This document shows positions 62,179 to 64,000 of a stretch of DNA of 64,000 nucleotides, piece after piece (positions within the stretch are counted from its first letter, which is position 1; every line of letters starts with the position of its first letter). This stretch comes from Tubulanus polymorphus (taxonomy: Eukaryota; Animalia; Nemertea): positions 27,304,560 through 27,368,559 of the forward strand of contig NC_134027.1 of the NCBI RefSeq assembly GCF_964204645.1, written 5' to 3'. The translations under genes were made by a program, and so were the position numbers. The notes beneath the pieces are model-generated. The model had not been told where the DNA came from and did no database searches. It was given only the letters and a program-made list of their open reading frames with translations.

Positions 62179-64000
62179 CGTTCCACCAATCAGCGATTAT
62201 GTTTAGAATTCTTTCAAGGAGTTTTTCTTTAAGAAGTTACTCGTTTCTGCGACGGCGGTGGTGTATTCGCGACCACTTCCCCTCTCTCCCGGCGTCTCCC
62301 CATCTCCCTCTCTCCCTCCTCTCCTCTCACTCGACGGGTCTGTGTATACAGAGATACTTAAATGATGAATTAGGAGTGCATCGAACGCTGTGAAGAGAAG
62401 GACCAGGGAATCTGACACTGCGCATTGGGCTGAGAGGTGTCTTCATCTATATTTGAAGTAGTCCGTGTTGTCTGTTCGGAATACGCAGTTGTCTTACTCG
62501 GAATAACAGAGCACCTCTTAACAGTGACAATTTTCTACTACTTGAAAAGCCTGATTTTCCCCCTGGTTTGTCAATATATTTTCACTACTCGGCGTTTACC
62601 TAAGACTTTTGACATCAAATCTTGCGCGGCGGCCGCGGCAAAAAAACGCCCGAGTTGAGATTTAGTCTAATGAATAATGCATCAGGTTTGCGTGGAGTTG
62701 GAGCACTCTTTTCAGATGTGATATCCCCCGCTACTCATAACCAAGTAATGCGCCATTCACGAAATAATCTTAATGATGGAAGAATGTCTACTCTCGTAGC
62801 ATATCTGAAATAGTTTGGAATCGGTTTAGAGTATAGTGAAGGATTATCAATCTGTGATGCGCGCGCGACTCGGTAAATACTCCTTCAAACCGCGTCTCGT
62901 ACGCACATCCTCGAACTGTCGCCGCTACGAACACCGAAAATACGCGAAGAATATTTTACAAATGACGCCACAATCAACGCACTTCATTTTTTTGTGTGTT
63001 GTGTCATCATTTTTCACACTTAACCGGTAACCGACACCGCGGCGGCGTCTTTTTAAATTCAAAATACGATACGTATTGCCTCGCGGTATAACTCTCAGAC
63101 CAATTCGGGCAAAAACAAAACCATTTTCTAACTTCCTACCGGCTTATCTCGGACAAATTTCGCCGGTCTCAGTTTCTCAGAGTTGGGCGAGGTTTACGGT
63201 ATGTAAGAATCTGAAACCGTTCTGTCAGTTTTCACGCCATTCGTGATTTTCAAATGTAAACTATCGGCCTGGCGTTGTGAAGAGATTTGAAATGACTCGT
63301 TTTCGCACAAAAATTACCTTAATTTCACCGGCAAAACTAAGAAGAAAGGTAGCGAACAAAAATGAAATTTCTTAACACCACTCGGAACGAAGGTTGAGAC
63401 ATTAATTCCCAGGCGAAGAGTCTGTTTAAGAGCTGCCGAGGGTGCTTGACTTGAATACCCCCTCAATAGACAGTCCTTTAATCAGCGGAAATAGTGACGT
63501 AAAAATTCACCAATTTATCAAACGAGAGAAAGAGAGAGAGGAAGAGAGAGAGAGAGGAGTTCCCTAATGATTTGAGTCCCCTGAGTGTGACAAGTATGCA
63601 TAGCACATTATACACAATACCATGACTCAACCGTTACATCAGCCGAGTTTCAAATCCTACCAACAATAAAATAATACCCTACACACAATTTACATTGAAC
63701 GTATATTCAGTTTCTATGGCAAAAAAAAATCACCTGGTTTTAGTTGAGAAAAACAACAATTGCCAATCAGTTGATTTCACGCTCTCCTCTCGCAGTGGTT
63801 GCACTTTGAAATCGAATCATTCAAATGAAAAGATGATGTTGTTTTACTAGCCGCGTGCACCGATCGACGTGAACTATTTTGAGTCTGGTCAACGAACTAC
63901 TCTAGTCCTCAAGAACCAAAACATTTCATACAGCGGTTTAGTGGCCAACACTTTCCCCTCAAAGAGTTTTTTACGATGCTTTGAAAAACAACGCACGAGA

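Overview
Intron-rich, AT-rich animal genomic DNA, most consistent with a lophotrochozoan invertebrate (inference from gene content); it is not prokaryotic. I assembled seven protein-coding genes by hand from GT-AG junctions and reading phase: (1) an intronless FMRFamide-receptor-like orphan GPCR (+); (2) a 7-exon CUB-LDLa single-pass membrane protein (-); (3) a secreted IgGFc-binding-domain protein (+, 3' end uncertain); (4) a secreted 4xEF-hand protein (+); (5) Borealin/CDCA8 (-); (6) ADCK5 atypical kinase (+); (7) a ZNF423/ZNF521 (Oaz) ortholog (-, 5' end not found). Introns are packed with micro- and minisatellites, MITE-like elements, tRNA-derived repeats and degenerate Penelope-type hammerhead motifs. 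The most notable observations are: a duplicated, phase-locked mutually exclusive exon pair in ADCK5; an 8x tandem array that copies an ADCK5 3' splice site, where only the last copy is productive; a similar multiplied donor in Borealin; a back-to-back bidirectional poly(A) signal; and a cluster of ZNF423 half-sites inside the ZNF423 gene. All homology calls are from recalled motifs, not database searches. Most short ORFs in the supplied track are repeat artefacts.
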